This document shows positions 38,107 to 47,986 of a DNA stretch of 64,000 bases, one piece after another; positions within the stretch are counted from its first letter, which is position 1; every line of letters starts with the position of its first letter. A program made the translations under genes and the position numbers. The notes beneath the pieces are model-generated. The model made no database searches. It was given only the letters and a program-made list of their open reading frames with translations, and had not been told where the DNA came from. Origin of the DNA: Myxococcota bacterium (lineage in GTDB: Bacteria; Myxococcota_A; Polyangia; Polyangiales; Houyiibacteriaceae); NCBI GenBank assembly GCA_039030515.1, contig JBCCEA010000002.1, forward strand, positions 32,001 to 96,000, given 5' to 3'.

Positions 38107-39912
38107 GTGACAGCGATGCGTAGAGGAGCAACTAGACGAGGCAACGTAAGTCCCAGTAAACAACACGCGCAGAACAGGTTCAGAGAGATACAAAATCTAC
38201 TGACGACAAACAGGAAAGGTCTCAGTCCGGAGATTTGGGACCCGAATCTTGCCGGAGCTAGTTTCGAGTTTTACTGGAGCCCGATACTTTCCCTCGAGGA
38301 CTATCTCGAAATACGTCGTAAAAACACACGAATTGCCCTGTGCAAAACGCAAAAAAACATCGGCGCTGCTGCTGATCTAGCCGATCGCCGAAGCGAACAT
38401 ATCGACGCATTGTGATGCAACCACGATCTTCAGCTACTCGTCCGACTCAGAGATCGGATTAAGGAGCTGAATCGCACCGAGGAAAAAGTACGCGAGGAGT
38501 GGTCTCGCAAGCTCCCCACCGATCTTGAAACAGAGCACTTCTTATGGACCGAAAGCGTCGTAGTACACATGATGCTTCGGCACATCGCCGAAGGAACTCC
38601 ATCTCCAGAAATCGCAAAGCAACTTGATCTACTGGCAAAGTGCTCTGAAGCCGCATCGGAAGCTGGAAGCCAGCTTGCAAATCTGATCACGAGCGTTTTT
38701 ATTACCTTCGATGCCATAGGTAGGTTTTGGGACCATTCGGTACGCGACAAACGGTCATCGCCAGGGTCGATACTGCAAAGGCCGATTGTCGATCTTGAAC
38801 ACGTCCTACCTGATTGTTGTCAGCCTATTTCCTCTCTTCGGATTCCGAACTTCTTTCCCCATCGACTTCCAACCTTCATCCCGGGAACATGGAGTTCTCT
38901 TTGCCGATACTACACTCGAATAACGTTTAACTATCCGTGCCCAGAAACGTCACGACTGCCTCAAGCGGTGAAGATCGAATCGATTTATCGTCAACTGCTT
39001 GGAGATCTGGGCGCAGAGCGATATTCCGTAATGGCCACTCTGACGGCTAGGATTGATGGAGCGGAATACGCCAGTAAACTATGGCTGAGTCCAAGTTCTG
39101 CTGACCGGCTGAAGGCCATTCACCTCGATTGTGCTGAAAGACTAGAGCGACTTCGGGACAGAGTCGATAAGGTCCACCGTGAGGTCGCAGATCTAGAGCA
39201 TCAGTTTTTATCCCAGCAGGCGACCCTACTGCAAAAACACGCTCGAGCGTGGCTGAGCCGACACCCTCCGCAACCACCCACCATCCATCCAGGGGCACCC
39301 TCCGCTCAAAGTGTGTCGGCTCATCAGGGAGCATCAGCAAGGCCAGCTGGATCCGAGGACGGTACGACTGAGAAAATCGCGTTTCCCTTGAGTTCCCCTT
39401 CACGGCCCCTTGCTGCTCCCAATAGGCGCAAACCCAAAACCAGAGGAGATTCTGCTACTTCTTCGACTCCTCAAGCAGATCAACACCGACCCAAGCCTGC
39501 AGCGCCAACCCCAGGGCAACCCCGAATACGATGGGGCGATCCGCACGACTCTCTTTGGTATGCATGCGCCGCCGCATGTACCAATCGATCGAACGCTGAC
39601 TTGGGAAAGGTGAGTGAGGCGTTGGTGAACAGACTGGACCGAGCGCGCAGTGGCCACGGCAGTTCGATCAATGCTTTGATCCTGCCGGAAGCATGTCGCC
39701 GCTGGATTGGTCATCAACAGAAGTACTACCACGACACGAGTCCTGGCTCGGTGTGCTGGACGGTGATCGCTGCATTCGACAGCGCGTCTCATCTTTGGAC
39801 CATTTGCGGAGTCGGGCACCACGTCGGAAAACGCAAGCACCAGAACACTTATAGAATGTACTTTGCGGTCGGGGAGTCTACGTCACGACTACACACGATC
39901 AAACTGGGATAG
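38107..39912 (+). pseudogene. Orphan reading frame interrupted by an in-frame TGA at 38413-38415; intact 3' part 38569-39912
   Basis: ORFs 38107-38415 and 38569-39912 share one frame, and the 51 codons between them are open (CNHDLQLLVRLRDRIKELNRTEEKVREEW...). Visibly lower GC. Confidence 0.5.
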
Positions 39913-39917
39913 CGCGT

Positions 39918-42527
39918 CTATCGGTGTTCGATGAGAGCGTATCGCTTGAGTCTTAGCGCGCCTCTCGGACAGGACGTTCCCTCCGAAGCGCTGCAGGAGC
40001 GGTAGAAGAAGGCTTCCTCGCCGCGAAGTACGACCCCATCGTAACGCTCCGCAAGAAGACGCCGCGACACAACCTCACCGTCAAATCGAGACCAGATCAT
40101 GAGGTCGTCCCTACACGCAAGAGCGTGCACCTCACCCCGATGCTGCTGAAGCCCGAGACCGGGACGGGCGACACCGGGAGGGAAGCCTGCGTCTTGGGCA
40201 GAGCCGGAGCAGGCGCTGCCGAGGTCGAGACCACGACGGGTGATCCCGTTTTCAGCATCGATGAACAGCAGACGATCGCTAGATTTGGTTTCTGAATTGC
40301 CGGTCCCGCGAGCAGCGGACTGAACCCGCACCAGCACACTGTCGCCAAGGATGTGAACGGCGGTTAGGGAGAGCGCCGGCTGCTCTGGGGCTGCAGTCGA
40401 TAGAGACTTATCCCTTTGAGCATGAGTGACCTCCCGGAGCCAGGTCGCTTGTTCTTGATCGAGTGCGAGTACGAAAGGCTGATTCGACTCCACTCGATAT
40501 CGCTTGGCCGAAACTTCAAAAGTTGCATGGACCTGCCCCGCGAGAAACCAGCGATCGTTCGCGCTTGCAAAGTGCAGCGACCGGAGCTCCTGCGCCTGCA
40601 GGTTCGATACCGGAACCTGAGTCTGCCGCCGCACGCGGCCTTGGCGATCGAAACGCTGCAGGCTCAACTTGTGGGTGGCGGCAGGAGACTCCGAGATCGA
40701 CGACTCTGAGGCGAAGGGCGTCAAGGACAGGGCGACGACGTGATCGCCTTCCGCGTGCACGGCGACAAAGTCTCCCGGAATCGCAAAAAGCGCTTGTCCG
40801 CTCAGATCATAAGCTGCGAGTAGCCCTCCTCCGATACGGGAATCGATCGAACGTCCGGCGACGGTCACTTCAGCCTGCTCCACCCGAAGCACCTCGGCCA
40901 CCCATCCTTGCGAGGCACTCAGGCCGTTTGGTGCGGGCACAGAAACGCCACTGCTCACCCGAGTCCAGGCAATTCCCTGCTCGGGCGTCCATGCCGAAAT
41001 GAACGCTGCGGGCCGCGCACGCGCTGACGCGCCTGATCCGGTGAGCTCCGCACCTGGATGCCGACCGCCAAAAACTATCGGCTGTTCTTTCGCGCCCGTG
41101 CCAAGGGTAAGGTCGCCATCGCGATCCCAGAGCACGGGCCAGGCAACATGCGATACGTCTTCAGAACCCACGGAAGGGACACGAACTGCAAGCAACTGAT
41201 TCGGGCCCGCGCCACCTTCCCGGTATCCACCTATGCGAGGCGGATATGCAGCGAAAGCAAGCCCGTAGGGAAACGTTCCGACATGGGAAAGCCTCGGTCC
41301 AGGCAGGACGCGAGCGTCGCTTGAACCTCGGCGAGGCTCTGGAACCCGGCGATCTGAAGACGCCCACGCTTCCTCGGTCGCCATAGGGGAGGTCGCAGAA
41401 ATACTGGACACATGGGTTGCTGCCTCCTCGGTCAAGGAGCGCGGATCTAGGGCAAGGGCCAGCCCGACGCCGGAAACCACCGCAGCGAGCAAACCAGCGC
41501 TCACCCATCGGAGCGGAGGGCGAGGCGGCGGTCTGGAAAACGCGATGGGACGTAGCGATGAAAATACTCCGTCGGCACGGTCCGTAGCGGCGAACGCTGG
41601 ACGTATCGAAGAGGCGTGTGGATGCGGCGCTGCGGCATGTCGGAGCACAAAGCGAAGAGATTCGAGCGCTTCCTCTACGCTCGAAAAACGTGCCGAGGGG
41701 CTGCGCTGCACACACTGGAAAAACCAATCGTCGAACGCCTCGGTTTCGACGACAGGAGACGGGCGAAGTGAAGAAAAACGCGCGGTGTGGATTCGTTTCG
41801 AGGGAGGCTCGAGAGCCGTTTCATGCGTCTCGTTCATGATTTGGAAACGCAGGGCATCCTCGGAAGTGCACCAGTAGGACCGGCCGGTAAGCACAAAAAA
41901 GGCGAGCAGGCCAAAGGACCAAATATCGGTTTCGATGCCTGGCTGGGTGCGGTCATCGTTTAGTTCCGGAGCAAGCCAGAGCGGATTGCGGTACCGGTGA
42001 AGCGGAGCACCAGACATTCGAAACCACTCCGCAATCCCAAAGCCGAGCACATGCAGGGACGGCGGTTTCGAATCGAGTCGTGGTGAGAGCAGGAGCTTGG
42101 TAGGTCGGAGGTCCTCGTGTAGCTTTCCGCGATCGTGGGCATACGACAGCGCCTCTGCGACCATTCCCATGATCCAAAGGGTCTGCTCCACGGTACACGG
42201 CCCGTCGCGCTCCACCTGCTGCGCCAAAGTCTCTCCCGTGAGCCACTCGATCGCGGTCCACGGTATGCCGGTGACGCCGTCGACCCCAGAGGCGATCATC
42301 TCCGGTCGATGGGGTCCGAAACGTGCCATGGTAAGCGCTTGTTCCATCCGCTCGGGGGAGGTCCGCGCCTCGGTGAGTTCGGGATGAAAAAGCGTAAGCG
42401 CGGTGTACCGATGGTCGGAGTGGGTGTAGGCGAGGTAGAGAGAGCTCAGCGCACTGGATTTCACGAGACGCAAAATCCTAAAATCGTTGGCAAAAAGGGA
42501 GCCTCTCGATAGAGACAGAATAGCCAT
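39918..42527 (-). CDS. Membrane Ser/Thr kinase-like protein (probable pseudokinase) with an extracytoplasmic beta-propeller-like domain
   Basis: Kinase scaffold retained (EWLTGETL, PLWLAPE, DIWSFG) with degenerate catalytic motifs; TM segment WVSAGLLAAVVSGVGLALAL. Confidence 0.8.
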   Translation of the reverse strand: MAILSLSRGSLFANDFRILRLVKSSALSSLYLAYTHSDHRYTALTLFHPELTEARTSPERMEQALTMARFGPHRPEMIASGVDGVTGIPWTAIEWLTGETLAQQVERDGPCTVEQTLWIMGMVAEALSYAHDRGKLHEDLRPTKLLLSPRLDSKPPSLHVLGFGIAEWFRMSGAPLHRYRNPLWLAPELNDDRTQPGIETDIWSFGLLAFFVLTGRSYWCTSEDALRFQIMNETHETALEPPSKRIHTARFSSLRPSPVVETEAFDDWFFQCVQRSPSARFSSVEEALESLRFVLRHAAAPHPHASSIRPAFAATDRADGVFSSLRPIAFSRPPPRPPLRWVSAGLLAAVVSGVGLALALDPRSLTEEAATHVSSISATSPMATEEAWASSDRRVPEPRRGSSDARVLPGPRLSHVGTFPYGLAFAAYPPRIGGYREGGAGPNQLLAVRVPSVGSEDVSHVAWPVLWDRDGDLTLGTGAKEQPIVFGGRHPGAELTGSGASARARPAAFISAWTPEQGIAWTRVSSGVSVPAPNGLSASQGWVAEVLRVEQAEVTVAGRSIDSRIGGGLLAAYDLSGQALFAIPGDFVAVHAEGDHVVALSLTPFASESSISESPAATHKLSLQRFDRQGRVRRQTQVPVSNLQAQELRSLHFASANDRWFLAGQVHATFEVSAKRYRVESNQPFVLALDQEQATWLREVTHAQRDKSLSTAAPEQPALSLTAVHILGDSVLVRVQSAARGTGNSETKSSDRLLFIDAENGITRRGLDLGSACSGSAQDAGFPPGVARPGLGLQQHRGEVHALACRDDLMIWSRFDGEVVSRRLLAERYDGVVLRGEEAFFYRSCSASEGTSCPRGALRLKRYALIEHR

Positions 42528-42688
42528 TCTGGTAAGAGTGTAGCGGACTTGAGGCCAGGATGAGAGTCTCGAGCGTCATTTTCACGACTCAGGCGACGTG
42601 AAACTACGTGCGCGCACCGCCCACCGAACGCAAAGGCTGTTTAAGGTGATATGCCAGTGTTCAAACCGATGACAGCGAACCACAGCCG

Positions 42689-43786
42689 ATGAAGATCTAC
42701 CCGAGGCGGTCACCATGGACCCTTGTCGCACCGTGCGGTCGTCTTTCTGGGTCCATTAGGGCAGCATGGCTCGGGATCCTGCTACTAGCCTTCGGCTGCG
42801 AGGACCTGCCTGAAACCCGCTTTGAAGACCGGCCATTGTCCATGGCGGACTCCGTAGAAGAGGTTGTTCGCCCAATTCGCCTTGTCGGGCCCCTGACCGC
42901 AGCTGATGCAGAACTTTCGGGCCTCGCCTGGTACGACGATGCTCTGGTGCTCCTGCCCCAATATCCCCAAAAGCTGGGAGGGCATCTCTTCAGCGTTGCT
43001 AAGTCCGAGCTCGAACGCGCAGTGCGCGGGGAGGTCACGCACGTCTCGCCAACGCCGATTCCGCTCGAAATGCCTCGGGAGCTACCTCAGATCCCTGGGT
43101 ACGAAGGCTTTGAAGCGATCGCGTTCCGAGGTCGCGACGTCTACCTCCTGGTCGAGTCTGAGGTGGGAGGGACCACCGCAGGACATCTGATGCGGGGTCG
43201 CGTTGAATCGGACGAAGCAGGTCTTGCGATCCACATCGATCGCTATCCTTGGATCAAGCTCGAACCGCAGAGCTCTATCGGCAATCTGGCCTACGAGGCG
43301 ATGGTGGTAAGCGGGGACGGGGTCTTCGTATTCTATGAAGAAAATGGGCAGAACAACCCGGACCCGCGGGCGCTCGTATTTGACCACCAGCTACGTCTGC
43401 GAAAGCCCGTCACCATGGAGCGCCTTGAATATCGATTGACCGACGCAACCTCGATCGACAGCGGCAAACGATTTTGGACCACCAACTTCTACTGGGAAGG
43501 AGCGCATTGGAAGCCGGGCCCTTGCAGACTCCAAATGCGGCACGGGACTGGCGCGAGCCATCGAGCACGTGAGACCGTGGAACGCTTGGTAGAGTTGCAG
43601 GTCGACGCCTCTTCGATAGCTCCCTCGGGACGCGCTCCCATACTGCTGCAGCTCGAGAAGCACTCGCGCAATTGGGAAGGCATCGCGCGCCTCGGAGCCG
43701 GATTTCTGCTCGTGACCGATGAGCACCCTACCTCGCTCCTGGGCTACGTAGAACCGTCAACCGAGACGCAAACCTCGCAGAACTAA
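42689..43786 (+). CDS. Hypothetical lipoprotein, phytase/esterase-like beta-propeller
   Basis: AFGC lipobox; repeated AELSGLAW, GFEAIAF, AYEAMVV, NWEGIAR motifs. Confidence 0.7.
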   Translation: MKIYPRRSPWTLVAPCGRLSGSIRAAWLGILLLAFGCEDLPETRFEDRPLSMADSVEEVVRPIRLVGPLTAADAELSGLAWYDDALVLLPQYPQKLGGHLFSVAKSELERAVRGEVTHVSPTPIPLEMPRELPQIPGYEGFEAIAFRGRDVYLLVESEVGGTTAGHLMRGRVESDEAGLAIHIDRYPWIKLEPQSSIGNLAYEAMVVSGDGVFVFYEENGQNNPDPRALVFDHQLRLRKPVTMERLEYRLTDATSIDSGKRFWTTNFYWEGAHWKPGPCRLQMRHGTGASHRARETVERLVELQVDASSIAPSGRAPILLQLEKHSRNWEGIARLGAGFLLVTDEHPTSLLGYVEPSTETQTSQN

Positions 43787-44754
43787 CGCACGACGAGGAC
43801 GGGCATCGAAGTCGTCCGAAGGAGGCGCTCCACAGTGCTGCCGAGGATTCTTCCGCCGAGGGTCCCATGGTTTTGATTCGCGCTGCGTCCTTCGGAGCCT
43901 AACACCAGCACAGTCGCCTCTTCTTCCTCAGCCGCATCCAAAAGCTCTTGGTCCACACGCTTGCGCGCGGCGCGAACGTGAATACGGGTCTGGACGCCAC
44001 CTATCTCTTTTTGAAGCGAGGCGAGCTCCTGGTTCGCCAAAAGATGGCTCGAGTCCTGCAGAGCTTTTTGCCACCCCTGCGGGTCTTCTGCGTCCGACTC
44101 GTCCCCGGCCGCCACCGTCACATGCGTCAGCACCAAAGAGCCCTGCACCCGCTCCGCAAGCGACCGGGCGACAGCAACAGCGTCGAGTGACGCTTCAGAG
44201 AAATCAACCGCGACGAGAAAACGAAAATGAGGCGGCAACTCTTTAGCTGGAGGCACCACTTTAGTTGGAGGCACCACCCACACCGGGGACGAGACGTGCC
44301 GCACGAGCCGGTCTGCTGTCGTTCCTAAGATCCGGCTCCGAACCGCCGCGATCCTCTCGTCGAGCGGCGGGGCCTCGTGGGTTCCGACCATCACCATATC
44401 GAACTCGTGAAGGGTGGCGTGCTCCAGGATGGCTTGCCAGGGTCGACCCTCAAGGAGTGCTGAGGTCGCATTCATTTCGGCTTGCTCGCAATCCTTGCGC
44501 GCCGACTCTAAGCGCTCTGCCGCGCGATCCAGTCGCGCCCTGAGTCGCGCTTGAAGCTGCTCAACATGAGGTTTCACTCTGGAGTCCGCGCCCTCCCAAA
44601 CAGGCTCGTACCCCGTCATGTCGGTGACGTGGACCAATTCGAGGTCCGCGTTGAGGGGCTTTGCCAAGGTCTTGGCGAAAGCGATCGGGGCAGTGGAGGC
44701 TTCGGTAAGCTCTGTGGCCACCAAAATGCGCTCTTTACGGCGTACGTCGTGCAT
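43783..44754 (-). CDS. Tandem universal stress protein
   Basis: ILVATELTEAS and FLVAVDFSEAS; LGTTADRLVR and LGSTVERLLR..PVLVVR. Confidence 0.92.
   Translation of the reverse strand: MHDVRRKERILVATELTEASTAPIAFAKTLAKPLNADLELVHVTDMTGYEPVWEGADSRVKPHVEQLQARLRARLDRAAERLESARKDCEQAEMNATSALLEGRPWQAILEHATLHEFDMVMVGTHEAPPLDERIAAVRSRILGTTADRLVRHVSSPVWVVPPTKVVPPAKELPPHFRFLVAVDFSEASLDAVAVARSLAERVQGSLVLTHVTVAAGDESDAEDPQGWQKALQDSSHLLANQELASLQKEIGGVQTRIHVRAARKRVDQELLDAAEEEEATVLVLGSEGRSANQNHGTLGGRILGSTVERLLRTTSMPVLVVR
44241..44276 (-). repeat. In-frame 18-bp duplication in the USP inter-domain linker (VVPPTK/VVPPAK)
   Basis: CTTTAGCTGGAGGCACCA / CTTTAGTTGGAGGCACCA. Confidence 0.85.
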
Positions 44755-44891
44755 GTGTCTGCCTCCTTCGAGGTTCCGCTTAGCGAAGCAGCAGATGTGC
44801 CAAGCCTGGATTGTTGGTGTTTGAGGCCCGGTACTCGAAAGAGCGATGCGCCGGCCGTTCGGTCGGCTGCCTGGTCGATTGGCGAGCGGGC

Positions 44892-46571
44892 TTAGGTGTC
44901 CTCAAAAATATCGAGGACCCGCCCGACATGGCCTTGCGATCCGTCACCGCTCTGCCCGGCCGATGCTCCGAGAGCTGGGCGAATGATCTCTAGGGGGGTA
45001 TCATCGGTAACGGAACTTCCTGCTCCGCCCACAAACACGCCGATGCTCGGACCTCCACTGCCGCCGCCGCCGCCGCCGCCGGAGCCTCCCATGCCTCCGG
45101 AGCCTCCTTGAGCCGATGCGTCCAGCTCTGAAAAGCCGTTCATGCCATCACTGCAATTCGCGAGGGCCATGTCTTCGGAACCCGGGTCGCCACCACGGCC
45201 CCCAGCCCCGCCAGAGCCACCGAGACTGCCGTCACCACCGGTGCCGCCTTCGGAGGTGACGATGGTCACGCCCGATAGAGTGACCTCGGAAGACCAAATC
45301 CAGAGTCCGACCGATGCGCCCCCGCTTTGTCCTCCCTCGCCTCCGGGGCCGCCACAGCCGCCGCTGCCGCCGCCTCCGCCCTCGGGGGGCCGGAACGTGC
45401 ATCCGCCGCAGGTAAGACTCAGCGAAGATCCGCCCCCGCCTCCGCCGCCTCCGCCGCCTCCCTCGCTTCCGGTGCCGCCCACGCTCGCCACGTAGCCCGC
45501 CTCTGAAAACGTACCAAAAAACGGGGCGATCTCTCCTACCGCTCCGTTCACTCCGGGAGCGCCGTGACCGCCGGCGTGCGGCGAAAATCCGATAACTGTC
45601 GAGTTGGATCCTGCGGATCCGCCGTTCGAGATACAGCTCCCCGATTCGCTCCCGCCGTCGCCCGGCGCCGGATCGTTCCCCGCGACGCTACCCGTGGGCC
45701 ATCCTTCAGTGCCGCCAAGGCCTCCCTGGCCACAAACGTCGCAGCTAGTTCCGCCGAACGCAGGATCAAAGGAGACCGACGATTCGTCCTCAAGTGTCGA
45801 AAGGCAACTATCCGTATTGGCCACCGAGTTGAGTACCGCGTCGTCGCCGTCTTCACCGTCTACGCCATTTTGTCCTGCGGGGGGCTGCTCGCCATTCGCG
45901 CCGTCACCACCCCGGCCGCTCTCGAGTCGAACGTTCTGCAAGAGAACTCCCCGCGAGTCCACAACTCGGGCCGCCACGCTGCTGCCCCCGGGAACCGCCG
46001 AGTCGACAGCGACAAAGCGAATGCGATCGATGACCGTTGGCGAATCGATCGACTGCGCCAGCAGGAGCGGGCCCTCTCCCTGCAAGACGGTGTAAGTAGA
46101 GGGACTGCGTCGCCAACCCTCGCTCGGCAGGTAGCCACCGTATACGCCAACACCATCCCGCAGCTCCAGAACCTCGCCCGAGTGCTCCCCCGCCGGAACC
46201 CAAACCTGGCTTCGTCCCCTCAAACTGGCCGCTTCCACGGCTTCCGAGAGGGTGCTAGCGGAGATCGCACCGGTTATGGGTACAGGCGTTTCAGAGACCA
46301 ACACCGCGTGAACTAGCGATCCGTCGAAGCCATCGCAGTCGCTGTCTTCTTGGTCCGAATCGGGCAGGTCGATGCCCGGCAGTGCGAAGCACTCTTCGTC
46401 TGGGCCCGCATCGCCACTCGAACCATCGGAGTCACTCGAACCATCGAAAGACCCATCCACATCACCGGCGTCCTGCGCTTGAGAAGAGCTAGACGACGTG
46501 CTGTCGCAGCCAAAGAGACCGGCGATGAGGAGCCACGCTGCATAAACAGGCAGTTTTGATGGGAAGCCCAT
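44892..46571 (-). CDS. Glycine-rich surface lipoprotein (myxobacterial PGRS-like, beta-helix segments)
   Basis: LFGC lipobox; DSDCDG motif; GVYGGY; long GGxGG tracts. Confidence 0.8.
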   Translation of the reverse strand: MGFPSKLPVYAAWLLIAGLFGCDSTSSSSSQAQDAGDVDGSFDGSSDSDGSSGDAGPDEECFALPGIDLPDSDQEDSDCDGFDGSLVHAVLVSETPVPITGAISASTLSEAVEAASLRGRSQVWVPAGEHSGEVLELRDGVGVYGGYLPSEGWRRSPSTYTVLQGEGPLLLAQSIDSPTVIDRIRFVAVDSAVPGGSSVAARVVDSRGVLLQNVRLESGRGGDGANGEQPPAGQNGVDGEDGDDAVLNSVANTDSCLSTLEDESSVSFDPAFGGTSCDVCGQGGLGGTEGWPTGSVAGNDPAPGDGGSESGSCISNGGSAGSNSTVIGFSPHAGGHGAPGVNGAVGEIAPFFGTFSEAGYVASVGGTGSEGGGGGGGGGGGSSLSLTCGGCTFRPPEGGGGGSGGCGGPGGEGGQSGGASVGLWIWSSEVTLSGVTIVTSEGGTGGDGSLGGSGGAGGRGGDPGSEDMALANCSDGMNGFSELDASAQGGSGGMGGSGGGGGGGSGGPSIGVFVGGAGSSVTDDTPLEIIRPALGASAGQSGDGSQGHVGRVLDIFEDT

Positions 46572-46885
46572 ACAGCTTGGTCCACCCCTAGGGTGGTTTG
46601 AACGCGATTTGGAGCGTTCGCTGCTTCGCACTTTATGCTGGGTGAGATGGATCCAGTAGGCCACGTCCTGTTTTAAGGCACATTGGTCGCTCGGCAACCG
46701 ATCTCAGGATCTACCGGAGAGAGTAGACCCCCGCGCGCACCCCACTTTGCTGGATCTCGATGGGCAGGACTCGTTGGACCACGCTCCGGCGGGGGCACGA
46801 TTCGCGGGCTCGTTTTTACCTCACGGACCAAGATTTTAATATCGTAGTCTGGCAAGGTTCAGGAGCTAGACGGATCGCTGAGCTT

Positions 46886-47986
46886 ATGGAACTCGAAAAC
46901 AGGGCTGGAGTCCTCATACTGCTCGTGATGGCGGTCGGATGCTCCGCAGCACAAACCGCTCCACTTGTGCCGCGCAGACCTACGCTACCCGAGGTATCAC
47001 AGCGGAGACTCAACCGAGTGCACGCAGACGCACCCGAACTCGCTGACGCCATCCTAGACGTGCGACGGGCTGCAGAAGATGCCGCCGACGCGGAAAACGT
47101 CCCCCTGGCCGAGCGGCTAAGGCGCCTTTCGGAATTGACCCTCATGGCTGCCGCTGAATGGTTGGCACGTCTGGAGAATGCAGAACTGAGAGCCACCGAG
47201 TTCGCCTCGAGGGAACACTCTCATCCCGAACTCGGAATCCGTGAAACCGAAATCGAAGCCGCCGCAGAAACCCGGCCGAGCGCGATCCGGAGACCTCAAA
47301 CCTCCACCGCGAACGTCGACCCCTCTGGGATGAGTCTTGCGGTGGACGCCGATCCGTCGAGTGCTGAAGGGCGTGAGGATGCCCGCAAAGACGCGCTGTC
47401 AGAGCTCCTCGCAGAGCTGGCCACCAAACTCTCTGAAATCGAACCGGATGACGAGAACCGAGCGCAGCTGGAAGGGATCCAGACCCGCCTCATCGATGCC
47501 GATCGAGCTCGAGCTTCCGGCGATAGAGATCTCGCAGATCAGCTCGCTCAGGAGGCAAAGCAGCTACTCGAGGCGCTGGTCGGCGACGGGCGCCAAGCCG
47601 TTCAGACGGATGGTACGCCCTCGGAGTCCCTGGTTGCGGAAGCACAGCGGAGACTGCCGGGCCAGGCCAACATCGTCGGCTCGACGGTCGTCGTCCGGCT
47701 CGAGGCTGCCGTGCAGTGGAATCAGAACCGCTGGAAAACGCGAGCAACCCAAGCGGTGGAGTCGCTCGGCACGGTAGTCCGGGCGCATCCCAGGGCCCGA
47801 CTCAGTTTGATCACTTCCGGATCGCCGACCAGCGAGGCCTTTGGAACCGAAAAGGCCTCGCTTCAACGTTACCTAGCTCGGCGTCTCGGTATCGAATCCT
47901 CGAGAATTCGCTGGATGCCGTCATCCCTATCGATACCGCGAGGTACGTATCTGTTGATCCATGAGGAAGCCGAACCGCAGCCTTGA
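46886..47986 (+). CDS. Coiled-coil lipoprotein with a degenerate OmpA-like C-terminal domain
   Basis: AVGC lipobox; helical middle; C-terminal VVVRL...AVESLGTVVRAHP..RLSL...RYLARRLGIESSRI; stop overlaps the pgsB start. Confidence 0.6.
   Translation: MELENRAGVLILLVMAVGCSAAQTAPLVPRRPTLPEVSQRRLNRVHADAPELADAILDVRRAAEDAADAENVPLAERLRRLSELTLMAAAEWLARLENAELRATEFASREHSHPELGIRETEIEAAAETRPSAIRRPQTSTANVDPSGMSLAVDADPSSAEGREDARKDALSELLAELATKLSEIEPDDENRAQLEGIQTRLIDADRARASGDRDLADQLAQEAKQLLEALVGDGRQAVQTDGTPSESLVAEAQRRLPGQANIVGSTVVVRLEAAVQWNQNRWKTRATQAVESLGTVVRAHPRARLSLITSGSPTSEAFGTEKASLQRYLARRLGIESSRIRWMPSSLSIPRGTYLLIHEEAEPQP

Noticed and set aside
45030..45480. GCC-rich low-complexity tracts
   Set aside because: Explained by poly-Gly coding in the Gly-rich lipoprotein.
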